The notes under the pieces were generated by a model that was not told the DNA's origin, ran no database searches, and was given only the letters and a program-made list of their open reading frames with translations. Both the position numbers and the translations under genes were made by a program. Positions 50,870 to 62,479 of a stretch of 64,000 nt of DNA are shown one piece after another; the first letter of the stretch is position 1; each line of letters begins with the position of its first letter. The DNA comes from Takakia lepidozioides (taxonomy: Eukaryota; Plantae; Bryophyta): assembly GCA_030704615.1 (NCBI GenBank), contig CM060734.1, positions 51,708,001-51,772,000 on the forward strand. Direction: 5' to 3'.

Positions 50870-52795
50870 ATATTTGGTGCCTGAATTGTAATGTACAACC
50901 ACTTGGGGTACAATAAATCAGGCCTTCCCATGAATTTCGGCACCGAAATCTGGATGAACATCTCTGTCATGTAACAGCTTTGGAAGCCAAGGGATGAATT
51001 CTGGCAACAGAAATCGTAATTTGTTTACCTCAAAAACTGACCAAGCACCCAACGGATGGATTTCGTGCCGAAATTCGGATGAACTTCTTCTTCATTAAAT
51101 TGTATCTGCACATATGGGTTGAATTTAGATGCCAAAATACGGATAAATGTGTTCCTGATTACAGTCGTGATTGACCACGTGTCCGGATATCGGTGCCGAC
51201 TTCCGAATGACAGTAATCCTGATTCGGCAGAATGGATGTATTTCGGCGCCGAAATTCATTCTTCATCTCCTTTTCCGACCCTAATTCTGCTGCCCTGCGT
51301 ATGGATTTCGGGTGCCAGAATTCATCGGAAGTCCTTTCTGTTTTTATTTTTCTTTGCGACAGATGAACTTTGGCGCCGAATCTCATCCAAGTACTCCCTT
51401 TTAATTTCCCTTTTTCTTCGAGAGCAATGAATTTCGGCGCCGAAATTCAACCAAAATCCTCCGATTTTTTTTTTCCTTCGCGAGCATTGAATTTCGGCGC
51501 CGAAATTCATTCCAAGTCCAGGAGATATTTTTATTTTCCTTCGCGAGCAATGAATTTCGGCGCGAAATTCATCGAAGTCCTCCGAATTTTTTTTTCCTTC
51601 GCGAGCAATGAATTTCGGCCGAAATTCAGCCGACTTCATCCCTCCAAATTCTTTTCAGGGTTTTAGCGGCGGATTTCGGCGCCGAAATTCATCCAATGCC
51701 TTCCCTCCAATATTTATTTTTCTTTGAAATGGATCAATTTCGGCGCCGAAATTCATCCTTACTGTCCGCAATGAGTAACTCTAATATTACATTTTCTATG
51801 CGACGGATGAATTTCGGCGCCGAAATTCGTCCAAACCCGGCACTTACTTTTTGTTTTGGATGATAATTTTCCGTAAATCGTTGGAAATACCCCGTTCCGA
51901 CGAATATAACAGGAATATTCTGCATTTAATGGAGAAATCGGCATATTAAACCACTTCTGTCAAAATTAATTGCATTTTAGCCGTTTTTTTTTCATTTGAA
52001 ACCGACAGTATCCATAAGTGGTCTTTTTCGCACGGGACGTTGCCGCACATAAAGTATAATTTCGGCGCCGAAATTATAGTTAAATGTCCAGAAATGGCAA
52101 GTCCAACAGTCATGGACAGCATCCGTCAGGGGCAATGATGGCGGCAAAGCATAGCATCGTGCCGATTTAATCTTCGCTCTGGATGAATTTCGGCGCCGAA
52201 ATATGGATGATTTCACCTCGTCTACGCGCGGACGACATATTCGTAATGAATTGCGGCGCCGAAATATGGATGGAATGTGCCGAAGTGCAGCCGTTTCCGT
52301 TGTCCCGGAATTGATTCCGGCTCCGATATCCCACGACAGGTTTGCTCATGACGAATGAGGACTTGCGAAGCGATGAATTTCGGCGCCGAAATATGGATGA
52401 TTTCACCTCGTCTACGCGTGGACGGACATATTCGTAATGAATTTCGGCGCCGAAATATGGATGAAATGTGCCGAAGTGCAGCCGTTTCCGTTGTCCCGGA
52501 ATTAATTCCGGCTCCGATATCCCACCGACAGGTTTGCTCATGACGAATGAGGACTTGGAAGCGATGAATTGCGGCGCCGAAATTTGTAAGTTTGTGTATG
52601 AAAGCACTTGAATGAATTTCGGCGCCGAAATGTCATCCGTCCGCTGATGAAACGTACCGACCTGACTGTTGAATGTCATATGCAGGGATTTTCATGGCGG
52701 TTGGGTTTCATGATGTGCGGATATTTCATTCAATGCCGGCTGCTCCGGGAACCGCATCCGGTGAACGGAACGTATTTCGGTGCCGCAATTCGGAT
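50870..52795. repeat. Phased array of the palindrome AATTTCGGCGCCGAAATT between the divergent MULE-B genes
   Basis: Copies near 50933, 51059, 51240, 51366, 51430, 51490, 51553, 51611, 51672, 51736, 51810, 52058, 52186, 52249, 52376, 52440, 52567, 52615 and 52773. Spacing is mostly 58-65 bp. Includes a ~190-bp direct duplication (52182-52563). Confidence 0.92.
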
Positions 52796-53297
52796 AAACC
52801 GTCACACTGGTGGCTGGAACTGGCACGCGTCGTGTTCCAGTCGACTTCATCCGTGCGAACGTGTCAGGGGTCACAATCTCTTCATCACCCATACGGCAGA
52901 AAGTGGTGGACGGTGGCAACGCTTCGGGAGACGTGGCTGCTTACGCATCTGCTCGTGCATAGTGGTTGCATGTTCCACCGCTTCGCTCTCTCGCTCCTTG
53001 CCCTTCTGCAGTGACGTTCTCCTGCGTTTCCTCTCCTTATGCGGCATAGTGGTAGCATAGAGTTTGTGGAAGGTCAGGCGACTCCGGCAAAGAGGAGGAC
53101 GCGGGATTTTGGGAAGCCGCCGACGACACGACTTAAGCTCCGTCTCATGCATGAAATGCAGACGTCGTTATCCGGAGACTCGGATCGCCCACCAGTGAGA
53201 GATTCGTGCTTCGCGGATGTGAAGCACTCCATACGCAATATTCCTTTTACACCTTTGTTTTGGCGTGCAGTGTCTCATGTTTTCCTGTTTGTTTGAC

Positions 53298-56200
53298 ATG
53301 GGAGCTGGGGAGGGATCGCAGGGGGGCGAGGCAACACAGTCAACTTTGGATACTCCTGCCCGGGTGCTGCGCTCACAAGGTGGAAGTGCATCGAGGCAGA
53401 CGAGTCCTCATTCAACACCTCAGATATCGCCTCCGAAAAGCCCACCTAGAGTTCGGAAGCCGAGAAAGCAGAAGGAGCCCATGGCTTCGCCAGTAAAACC
53501 CCTAGGGAGACTGGAAGCGGAGGTATTGGGTTTGCAGTCAATTTCAGAAAACACAGATGCGGTGGAGGCCGCTGGAGATGTGGGAGTCGGATCTGCAGAA
53601 GGGCGGCCCATTCAACTGACAGAAGGAGAGGACGATAACGTGGTACGACTTGGCGACGATCAGAACCTGCTGGAGCTTGCGGAGGAGCAAAACCTCCAGG
53701 ACAGTACACAGGCTGGTGAGAGGGGTGAGGGAAGTGACAGAGGTGATACAAGTAAGAAACTGGTGGCGGGTATGCTCATGAGCGCACGAGACATGAACAT
53801 AGCAGCAAACAGGTTGCTGGCAGACTCATAGCAACATAGGCCGCGTTTTGGGCTCCATGGTGTATCCCGAGAACCTTAAAGTTCCTTTGTGTCGCATGGT
53901 AAGCCTTCCAGTTGTAAGGCAAGCACTGCCAGGGGATATCGATCGACTGAAGCACAACTTCAGAGAAGGGTACAGACGGGGGTCGGCAGCATTCTACGTT
54001 TCCATTGAGAATGACCAGGGTGTCACAAGGGGCCCCACTGCAGAGGAGCTTCAGAATTGGGGCCCCCACTGGCACACTGTTAATGCCGAGTTTGAAGCCT
54101 ATCTGAAGACTAATCCCACATTCGCACACATGGAAGGGAAGATGTTCTTCGTTTGGGACGGGAACCACAGGATGCTTGCCTGGACAGAGTACATTGCTGA
54201 AATGCATCCGCAAGATATCAGTTGGCATTACATGGTGGACTGCATTGTCGTGAAGGTGGACGTCAGGGACAGAGGACTGTTGAAGGGTGCCATGGCGGAT
54301 ATAAATCTGTAAGTATACAATTACATCCTTGTGTACTGCCTATTGCGGCGCCGAAATAGGCAATGTTCACCACTGTCATGCACTCTATGAACTGGAAATT
54401 GGATTGCTGTGCCGAAATCATATTTTCATGTTGTTTTTTTTCTCCATGGCAGGGTAACAGAGAGGGCCTTCGTGGAAACTCATCTGGCACATACGCTCTA
54501 CAGAGTGCAAGAAGTGGGGACAGCTCCGCTGACGGACTTCCAAAAGTCCCTCGATCCCGAGCTGTACAGGAAGTCCCTAGCGAAAGCAGATCGCACCTGG
54601 TACCGACCAACACTGGACGCCATGGTGGAGATCCTCTATTCGGTGAGGTTCATCTCAAATTTCAGTATCAATTTAATGTTATTTGTTGCAGGATCCGTGG
54701 CCTGACTGTATCTGCTGGGTATGGGAATGCAGACGAACATCAGGGATGACTTGGCCTATGCCAAAAGGCAGTTCTTTGAGAATGATGCCCCCAACAAGGC
54801 GGACGCGTCGATAGAGTCATATTGTGCAGGCAGGGAAGCAATCCCGGACCAAGTACAGGTCCAAACTTGTTAAGCAAGTTGCAATCGCTGACCCTGGTCT
54901 TGGTGCCGAGTTCCTGGCGGAGATAGGACTGCATTACTCCAGACCCATGAAACCGGAAATGTCCATGGAGAAACTTCATCACATCGCAGTGTCCTGTGTT
55001 GAGCCGGCGGAGAAGGTAAGCATGTGTTTTATTCTTGTTTTGTGACTTCTCGCGATTCTTATGTTGGAGCTCTTGTCTGACCGATGTGAGGTGGCTGCAG
55101 ACGAGGTGGCTGCGAATCTGGAACGGCCATACAAACACGAAGCTGCTGTACCACTTTCCCATCGAGCCAACAGACGACAAAATGAACGACTGGCTCAATG
55201 TCATGACTTGGTGGCATCAGGTATAATTTTCTCCTATCTGTGTTGGACATCGTCGCAATTTCAAAATCATGAATGTTTTGGAAACCTGCCATGATGCAGG
55301 TACTGACCCACGCCCAGGAGCAATTGGACTGCAACACCACCACTTTCAAGTTACAGATCGACTGGACGAAGCCTGAGACAATGGAGAACTACGTGCAGTC
55401 GTGGCGAGGGCGCTTCGCAAACCTCTTTTTCAGAGAAATTGCAAAGGCAAGACGCAGCGTATACATCGAAGAGCAGGAGGGTGCCGACAAAGCGGCAATG
55501 CGTGTCCTGTTCAGGTAATCTGCTGACAATGCATCCCCCTATTTGCAGTTTAGATGATTTGGTTAAGCAGCGATGGATATTGCGGCGCCGAAATATACCT
55601 CTGCAAGATGTGAGTTCTGGGTAATTGGGGCACGGTCCACTCCGTATTTCGGTGCCGAAATACCTTGTGCATTGACAACTTCCACTTGCATGATGCATCG
55701 GTAGAATGATTTTTGTTGAACTGCCTCGTGATTGCAGGTACATAAACTTTGCACTCATTCCGTCCGGAGCCATTCAAAGGGTTCCACCATTCTTCCTGGC
55801 GTGGAGGACACCTGGAGGTCGTGGAACGATGTACACAGAAGTAATGGCGAAGGAGTGGCATGCCGAGCATTTGGTAACTGCCCCTGGTATGTGGATCTCC
55901 CAAGTGGGACCGTTGACCTCTCGGAGGTTAACTTGAAGAAGGAAGCGAATGCCAGGGCTATGAAGGCGCAATCGGATCCCCAACCAGAGGACGCGGAAAG
56001 ACTGAAAGCAGAGGAGGCAGCCAAGCAGAAAGCACTGAGAAAGTCAGCCAAGGCGGCAGCGTTGGCGAAGGAGCAGATGGAGAAGCAGGCAGCTGAGCAG
56101 CCCAAGGACAGGAAGAAAAGAACGCGCAAACAGGGGCAAGAGACGAAGACCCCCACACCCAAGAAGAAGAAGCAAAACAGTCAGCCAGATGAGGAGGATT

Positions 56201-58061
56201 CGGACGACGATTTCCAGCAGGAAAACACCCAGGGGGCCACACCTCGTCCGAAAATTCACAAGGGCCAGCGCTCCGGGGGTCGGCTGCAAAGAGATCACTA
56301 TACGAGGATGCACCTGGCAGACCCTACCGTGCGGTGCAGATTGCGGGCAGGGAAGTCCTCAAAACACCCACAATTGTGGAGTGTGTTAATGAAAATTTCC
56401 TAACTGCTCTGACCAGAAGGCTGGAGATAACGAGTTTGAGGAAGGCGATCGAGGCCCACCAGGGGAAGGGGAAGAGGAAGGCCACTGGCAATGATATGGA
56501 GGACACTCCTGGCTACACAAAGATGATGGAGTATTTTGTGGCGATGAGCCACGGCAAAAAGAGCACAGTCGGGGGCAGGGCGGTGAAAGCCTCCATCGAC
56601 ATGATCCTTGTGGATATCCCGGATGGGCAGGAGATACTGGGGCTGGGCTCAGTTCCCTGGTGGAACAGTACGACGAACGATACTGGAGCCACACATTCGG
56701 GTTCGCAGCCAACATGTTGGACGACGTTGGCTGTGTTGTTGTGCTAGCAGCCGATGGAGAAGTCACTGAGAATGATATCAAAGTATGGACGGGGAGAAGT
56801 GCAGCACCCATCCTGAAAAAGATCTGGACTTGCATCAACACGCAGGGTCTTCTCAACGATGGCCAGAAGGTATGCTGTGGTTCTCCTCTGCTATGTCAAT
56901 TTCTTGGCCAAAATTGCCCCTGTACATGTAGGCCACCTCTGACGTTTTCATTTCCTTCTCTGCAGACTCTTATCTTTCAGGCATTTTGCTTCGTGAAGGA
57001 ACATTCGAAATTCAAATTACGTGAAGCAGGAAGACTTGTTGATTCCACAGTTGATCCACTGGAGTATAACGTCCTGTTCAACCATGTGGGAGAGAAGGAC
57101 ATTCTTTGTGATTTGTCGGGCAAGCCATGGAGGTATGGCAGGACCAGGAGTCCTGCATTCATCCAGACGCTCATGGAAACGTGTACGGATGTTGAAGGCA
57201 GGGTCCTTGACGTCACTGCAAATACAGGTGAGAACGTTAATTGAATGCGGCACCGAAATTGACACCATTTCCGTTTCTGTATGTTTGCTTGTGCGAGGAA
57301 GCGACTCATTCTTGAGTTTGGCTGTGGTTGTCGTATGAATTCGCAGGTGCCTGTATGTGGGCGGGAAGGATGTCGAACCGATTTGTGTTCTCATTTGAGG
57401 GGGATACGGCCTTGTACGATTACAATTTGGCGGGCCTTCAGCGTCTGCCTCCGACTGAGGATCCCAAAAACGCAGAAGAGGACGTGGAAGGAGAGGAGGA
57501 AGATGAAGAGGAGGAAGTCCGGGAAATTCGTTCGATGCAGGGGCGCCCGAAGCCGCTTCCCCCAATGCCTGTCTTCGAGTGAGTTGCACCATAGTAAGTG
57601 TATTGGTTTCGGTTGTAGGGACCATGCAACCTGCCGATGATTCCCTGTTTGAATTCTCTAATGTACTTCATTCTATGTTTGTGCGTACACTCAGCCTTGC
57701 AGAGTCGTCCGACGAGGAGAAGCTGGGAGACTTGCTCAAATCGGACCCTGTTGCAGAGGAGGAGACAGAATCGCATCGGCCATTCTTTGCCAGAAAATCG
57801 TTTCTCGCGAGTCCCCAGAAGCCCTTTTTTCTACCAGCCTATGCAGACACGGCTGCCAAAGAAGCCATCAGGAGGGAGGATAGGCCTACTCGGTTAGAGC
57901 AATTGACATACGGGAATGAGCAGAGAATTATAATGAGGCGTGAGGCCAAACATAGAATTGTGAAAGGCAGAGTAGGGAAGTTCGTAATAGAATCCGCGTC
58001 CGAGAGCGAGGGGAATGTCGAGGAGACTTCCCGCACCCAGGTGGACAGTTCCGGCTGGTGA
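53298..58061 (+). pseudogene. ParB/Srx-like + beta-class N4/N6 methyltransferase-like gene, copy B (about 10 exons, a few frameshifts)
   Basis: KVPLCRMVSLPVVR...FFVWDGNHRMLAW (53878-54183); a Lys/Glu-rich linker; ASIDMILVDIPDG (56589-56627); RSPAFIQTLMETCTDVEGRVLDVTANTG|ACMWAGRMSNRFVFSFEGDTALYDYNLAGL (57147-57440). GT-AG introns. Confidence 0.78.
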
Positions 58062-58437
58062 GGATGGTATTTTTGAGGGGAGGGCTTCTCAGAGTAACAG
58101 CGGTAGCGGCAGTGCAGGTTCGGAGGCAGGTGGAAGGCAGCCATCCTTGCATGAGGGCGGGGATGCATCGGACAGTGATAGCGGATCCTCACCATAGCAA
58201 AGTCTCATTTGGATCCTTTTGTTGTACAGTTCTGAAACACTTAATGAATATTGACGATTTGAAAAATCATTGTGTTCAGACTGCTTGTCCATTCCCTACA
58301 TTTTTCCCGCCAACCAAAATCTATTAAAGCAGAAGAGACGCAAACTTCAGTGAAGAACCCTACAAGTAATTTATGCACACCATCGACCCGGGAACTTGAA
58401 GCCATGAAAACCCTGCCGTTTCTAACATTCCTATTGG

Positions 58438-58720
58438 GAAATTTGGCGCCGAAATAGCCCAGTTTGCGCCTTCGTTATATGGGCCTCAAAAATTCCACGG
58501 ATGAATTACTGCACCAAAATATTGCGATGGAAGCCTTCAGCACAAGGCACTTCACCACATTCCACTTGGGTATTTCGGCGCCGAAATTGCCCGTTCTGCG
58601 CCATTAAATACCGCACTATATCACATTTTAAGAGGTAATTTCGGTGCCGAAATACCCCGGTGGATGTCTTCAAAACCATTTTAGCACACTGCTCTTGGGA
58701 ATAACGGCGCCGAAATTCCT
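58438..58720. repeat. Right subterminal array of GGCGCCGAAAT palindromes
   Basis: Copies near 58440, 58503 (degenerate), 58571, 58637 and 58702, about 63-68 bp apart. Confidence 0.85.
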
Positions 58721-58882
58721 CATTCCGCATCCTGGGACCAGGAGAAACAGACCCTATTACCGAGGTAAGAGGACATAACACCGTCAATAAAGGCAGGAAA
58801 ATTCCAATTCCGCGGATGTCCGCTCATGAGCTCATAGGCTCATAGGCTCATGGGCTCATGCGCTCATGAAATAGTAAACCTC

Positions 58883-60249
58883 ATCGGCTATGAACGCTCC
58901 CATCGTATAAGGGGATTTGGGACTCTCGCATGAGTTTTTCATGATGAAGATCATTTGGCGCGCCTACTTCTTCTCCGCCCATATTTTCCCCATCAGGCAT
59001 TTCAGAGGGATTTGCGCCATTCTCAACAGCCTCATCATTGTCCAAGTGAAGGGCATTTGGGGCAGGTGTGGGATTCTCCCGGAGGGTATCTGATATTTCA
59101 AATGCATCTTGCACAACACGGGCAATCTGGCCCCGTAGCCCATTGTCGTCTTGTCCTTCCAAATTGACGTCGTTTGCAACACTCTCTACACTACATTCAG
59201 CCTCCACTTCAGAGTCGGATGTAATGTAGCCCTGTGAATGCAAATGAAAATCAGAAATTGGGATACGATGAACAGGCTTTTTTCAAAACTCCCAGACTCT
59301 GAAATTTCATTTAAACACTGTCATGTAAGCAAACACAATACGTAGAATTGCACTAGTTCAATAGAGGTGAATGCTGCAAGTCTCCCCCGCACTTGCGAAT
59401 CAGGAGACGAAATTGGTCGGCCACAGTCTTCATTTCGAAGCAGCTTGTAGAGCTCACCACACAAAGACAAATGAAAACTACTCTCATATAATACGGCAAA
59501 GTAGGAACACAGTTCGAATCAAAAAACAAAACAAACATACCCTCTGTGATAGAAATTGATATCCCCACATACAGACAGCTATCTTCACATACCAACAAAG
59601 TGAAAGCTCTCAACAAATATGCCCAAGTGGGCAGTGCGTTGAAGGCATGACACATGGCAACAAACTACCAAAGCCCGAAATGCGGCCAGCCTTCCGACAT
59701 GGCAGTCAACAGCGACCATGTAGTCATGACCCTCACTACATGACTCCAGTACAACCAATGGAAGAACACCACGTAGTTGAAATGTCCATGATCCGCGGTC
59801 ATGAAGTCATGGACATGACTACTCTGACACACTACCAACTACATGACTCCATCACTACGACTCCATGACTCCAATACATCCAACGGAAGAACGACACGTA
59901 GTTCGGACTCCAGTCACTCCACGACTGTCCAAAATGCAGACATGCGTGGGCGTGCTGCGAGCATGTCAGAGTGCGTGCATCGTGCAAGGCATACCGGGAC
60001 TGTACACTGTCAAAGGTTTGGGTCCCTCCCATACTTTGTTAGGTGTTTTTTGGCCATCGGTAGAAACTGCGGGATCCCTCCATGGCAAGTTCTGCAGTTG
60101 CACAATATTTTGCGGTGCCCTTGTGCAATGGCATGCGCCTCCTCTAGTCGCCACAGTTTCTCATCTTTCCTACGCACACGGAGTCGTTGAGCTCTCAGCC
60201 AAACCCCGCTCTCGTTGTGTACATTGTACTTACACAGGGGGGTGTGCAA
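58883..60249 (-). pseudogene. CACTA TnpD transposase, upstream part (transposase-associated domain exon and acidic linker exon)
   Basis: KILCNCRTCHG..KKHLTKYGRDP exon (~59995-60200), intron ~59232-59994, then an exon ending IPLYDGSVHSR. This joins LTATLMLLN at 45227 once MULE-B and one TSD copy are removed. Confidence 0.82.
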
Positions 60250-60277
60250 GGGTCTTTGCAGCTGATGTCAGACTGCC

Positions 60278-62100
60278 ATGGTCAGGCCCTCCCCGTGCGG
60301 TCCCCTGACTGCGTATGAGAAGCTAAGGGAGACTTGCATTGCTCGCAACAAAGAGGTTGAGGCGGAGTTGTTTGGTTTCGCACCCACTGTGAGTATACTG
60401 AGAGGCGGCTCACCCTACTGTTGTGGCCACTATCTCGCAGGAGAGCATTGTAGGGGCTTGTCATTAGGGCATTTCCTTAAAAATGTTAGAGGTATACGGT
60501 TTAGCCTGGAATTTCCCTAGTTCTTGTCTTTTGGGTTTACGAGTTTTGCTAGATTCCCAGTGTTGGGATTGCATTGCTAAGTACATAGAATGCTGGTTGT
60601 GAGGCGTTGCCTGTCTCCACACTATCATGGTGCACCATGAAGAGAGCGGGATTGGTTAGGGTTTGGCTTGCAGGCTTGTTGCTGCTCCGAAACCAAAGCG
60701 TGCTTGCCGTCGACCTCCACTACCACGGGACCACCCAGACGCAGTGGAAGGCTAAAAACAATGGCCGACGAGGCACGGCAGTATGAAGACGAGGACGAAG
60801 ATTTGTTGTGTGTCCCTGCGGGCGAGCACACTGGCAATTCCAGCGAAGATGTCCTTCGCCACCCAGCTCCTGCACCCTCGCTTCCCCAGAAACGCCCGTC
60901 GCCGGCAAAATCACCATCTGTAAGCACCTGCTCACTATGACGCCACATCTTCAAAATTTGCATGTAGCAAGGAAGGGATGCCCGAGCATATAGGCAGTGA
61001 AACCCCACAATGGGATAGAAATCAAGCCTTCGCTATATCTTCATCGTGTACACAGTTTGGGTTAAAGTCAAAGGCTCTTACTAAGAGGTTGATACACAGT
61101 TATGTTTCTCTTTACAACTAAAATGCAATGTCCATTCAAATGAGTCCATCTACCCACTGATGCAAGTTCTTGTATGCACGCTTTGATACAAGCATGCCAA
61201 TGGTTTGTGAGGTCTCCCCGTTAGGTAGGCTTTGGAATTGGCCGTGTAGATTGGCAATGCCCTCACTTTTCAAGTTGGGTAAACAGAAGTGTGGGGCACC
61301 TGATGAGTCTGAGGGATGAGGACCTGCTCATAGTAGGATGAGTACAATCAAAGCATTAAAATGGCAGGTGCACGGCGTTAGTTTTTTTGAAGTTGCCATG
61401 ATATCTGTTGAATGCTTTGATTGACTTTAATGTTTGAATTGGTTTTTATTCTGTGCAGGCCAGGAAGAGGCGAGCTTCCATCGAAGGCGCTGCAGCTGTG
61501 GTGGGTAGTCCATCGGGGCGGGGGTTGTTCAAACAAGTCAATGCTGCCACAAAAAAGTCCCCAGGCGCAGCAGGACCACCTCCACGACCTATTCCACAGT
61601 ACCCTCCGTACACACATTACCCACATGCCTACCCCACCCCCGATCAGTATGGCGCTGCGGGCCCTTACAACCCGCACATCCAATACAAGCCCCCTCCAGG
61701 TGGTTACCCACAGCAGCCATATGCCCATTCTCCTCCGCCTATTCCCCCTTACCTCCCAGACCCACATGCTTATCCGACATCTACACGTCCACCATACGAA
61801 CCTTTTGGGCCATACGGTGGGCGATACCGTCCCGCCCCCCATTCCCCATGGCAACCCCCAGCTGCCCCACCACCTGAGGAGGCAAAGGAAGACATCCCTA
61901 TGACCAAGAAGGACCAAGCTAATGCTTTGAGGCGCGAACAGGCGTGCCAGGGCAAGAGGCAATCCGAACCATGATGCGCGAGAGGAAGATGGACTCCCCC
62001 CTCAAGTGCTTCCGGTTGACAAAGCTGGAGAGCCCATTGGACCAGCACGCAATACCTGGCATGCAGCCCTCAAAGGCCAGATGTGGCGTTTGTGTGACAT
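60278..62100 (+). other. Spliced gene or pseudogene of unknown function (Pro/Tyr-rich), possibly a CACTA accessory gene
   Basis: Exon candidates: 60278-60388 (YEKLRETCIARNKEVEAEL, GTGAGT donor), 60673-60919 (RRSGRL, acidic), and 61459-61974 (Pro/Tyr-rich). Apparent frameshift near 61960. Confidence 0.45.
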
Positions 62101-62479
62101 GTCAATGCATATTGCATTGCACGCAGGATGATCTGTCATTGAAGAAATATACAGGATTCTAAACTCTACATTTGCGTACACGCCACGTGGTCTTGACTAT
62201 AGCACATGAGGAAGACACTTGGCATTGCCTTGAAAACCCAAAGACACGATATCCATGCACTGTACAAGGCAGGCGAGGGGAGGCCTGCCGCATCTGAAGG
62301 AAGCTCATTGGGACAGGCTAGGAGAGTTGCAGGGTATCGTATTGGCAGACAGCAGGATTCAGCGCAAAAAGTGCCCTCATGAAGGTTGCAAATTCATCAA
62401 TCAAGAAGCCTTCAAAAACAGGACGTGGTGGGAAGGCATCTGTTGAGGCTCGGCTTGTAAGTTCACACACCAGTCTTTT

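Larger units (their letters stand above)
45237..58882. mobile_element. Complete Mutator-like element (MULE-B), 13.6 kb, with divergent transposase and ParB-MTase-like genes
   Basis: 9-bp TSD ATCGGCTAT at 45228-45236 and 58883-58891. Imperfect TIR: GGGGGTTGCTATTCCATGAGCTCATGAGC versus GAGGTTTACTATTTCATGAGCGCATGAGC (24/29). GCTCATG subterminal repeats at both ends. Confidence 0.93.
40367..60250 (-). mobile_element. CACTA (En/Spm) element interrupted by MULE-B; only one terminus found
   Basis: CACTACAACAGA at 40367 is followed by ATGAC/GTCAT subterminal repeats (40390-40705). TnpD-type transposase on minus. No matching ...TAGTG end identified. Confidence 0.75.

Noticed and set aside
50870-52795. 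CRISPR-like array (palindromic repeats with ~42-45 bp spacers)
   Set aside because: Eukaryotic context with no cas genes. The repeat is only ~18 bp, several spacers are related or duplicated, and the same motif occurs in introns and subtermini.
53298-58061. Bacterial or phage contamination as the source of the ParB-MTase-like gene
   Set aside because: The gene has multiple GT-AG introns, several at matching positions in two diverged copies, and lies inside a TSD-bounded plant MULE.
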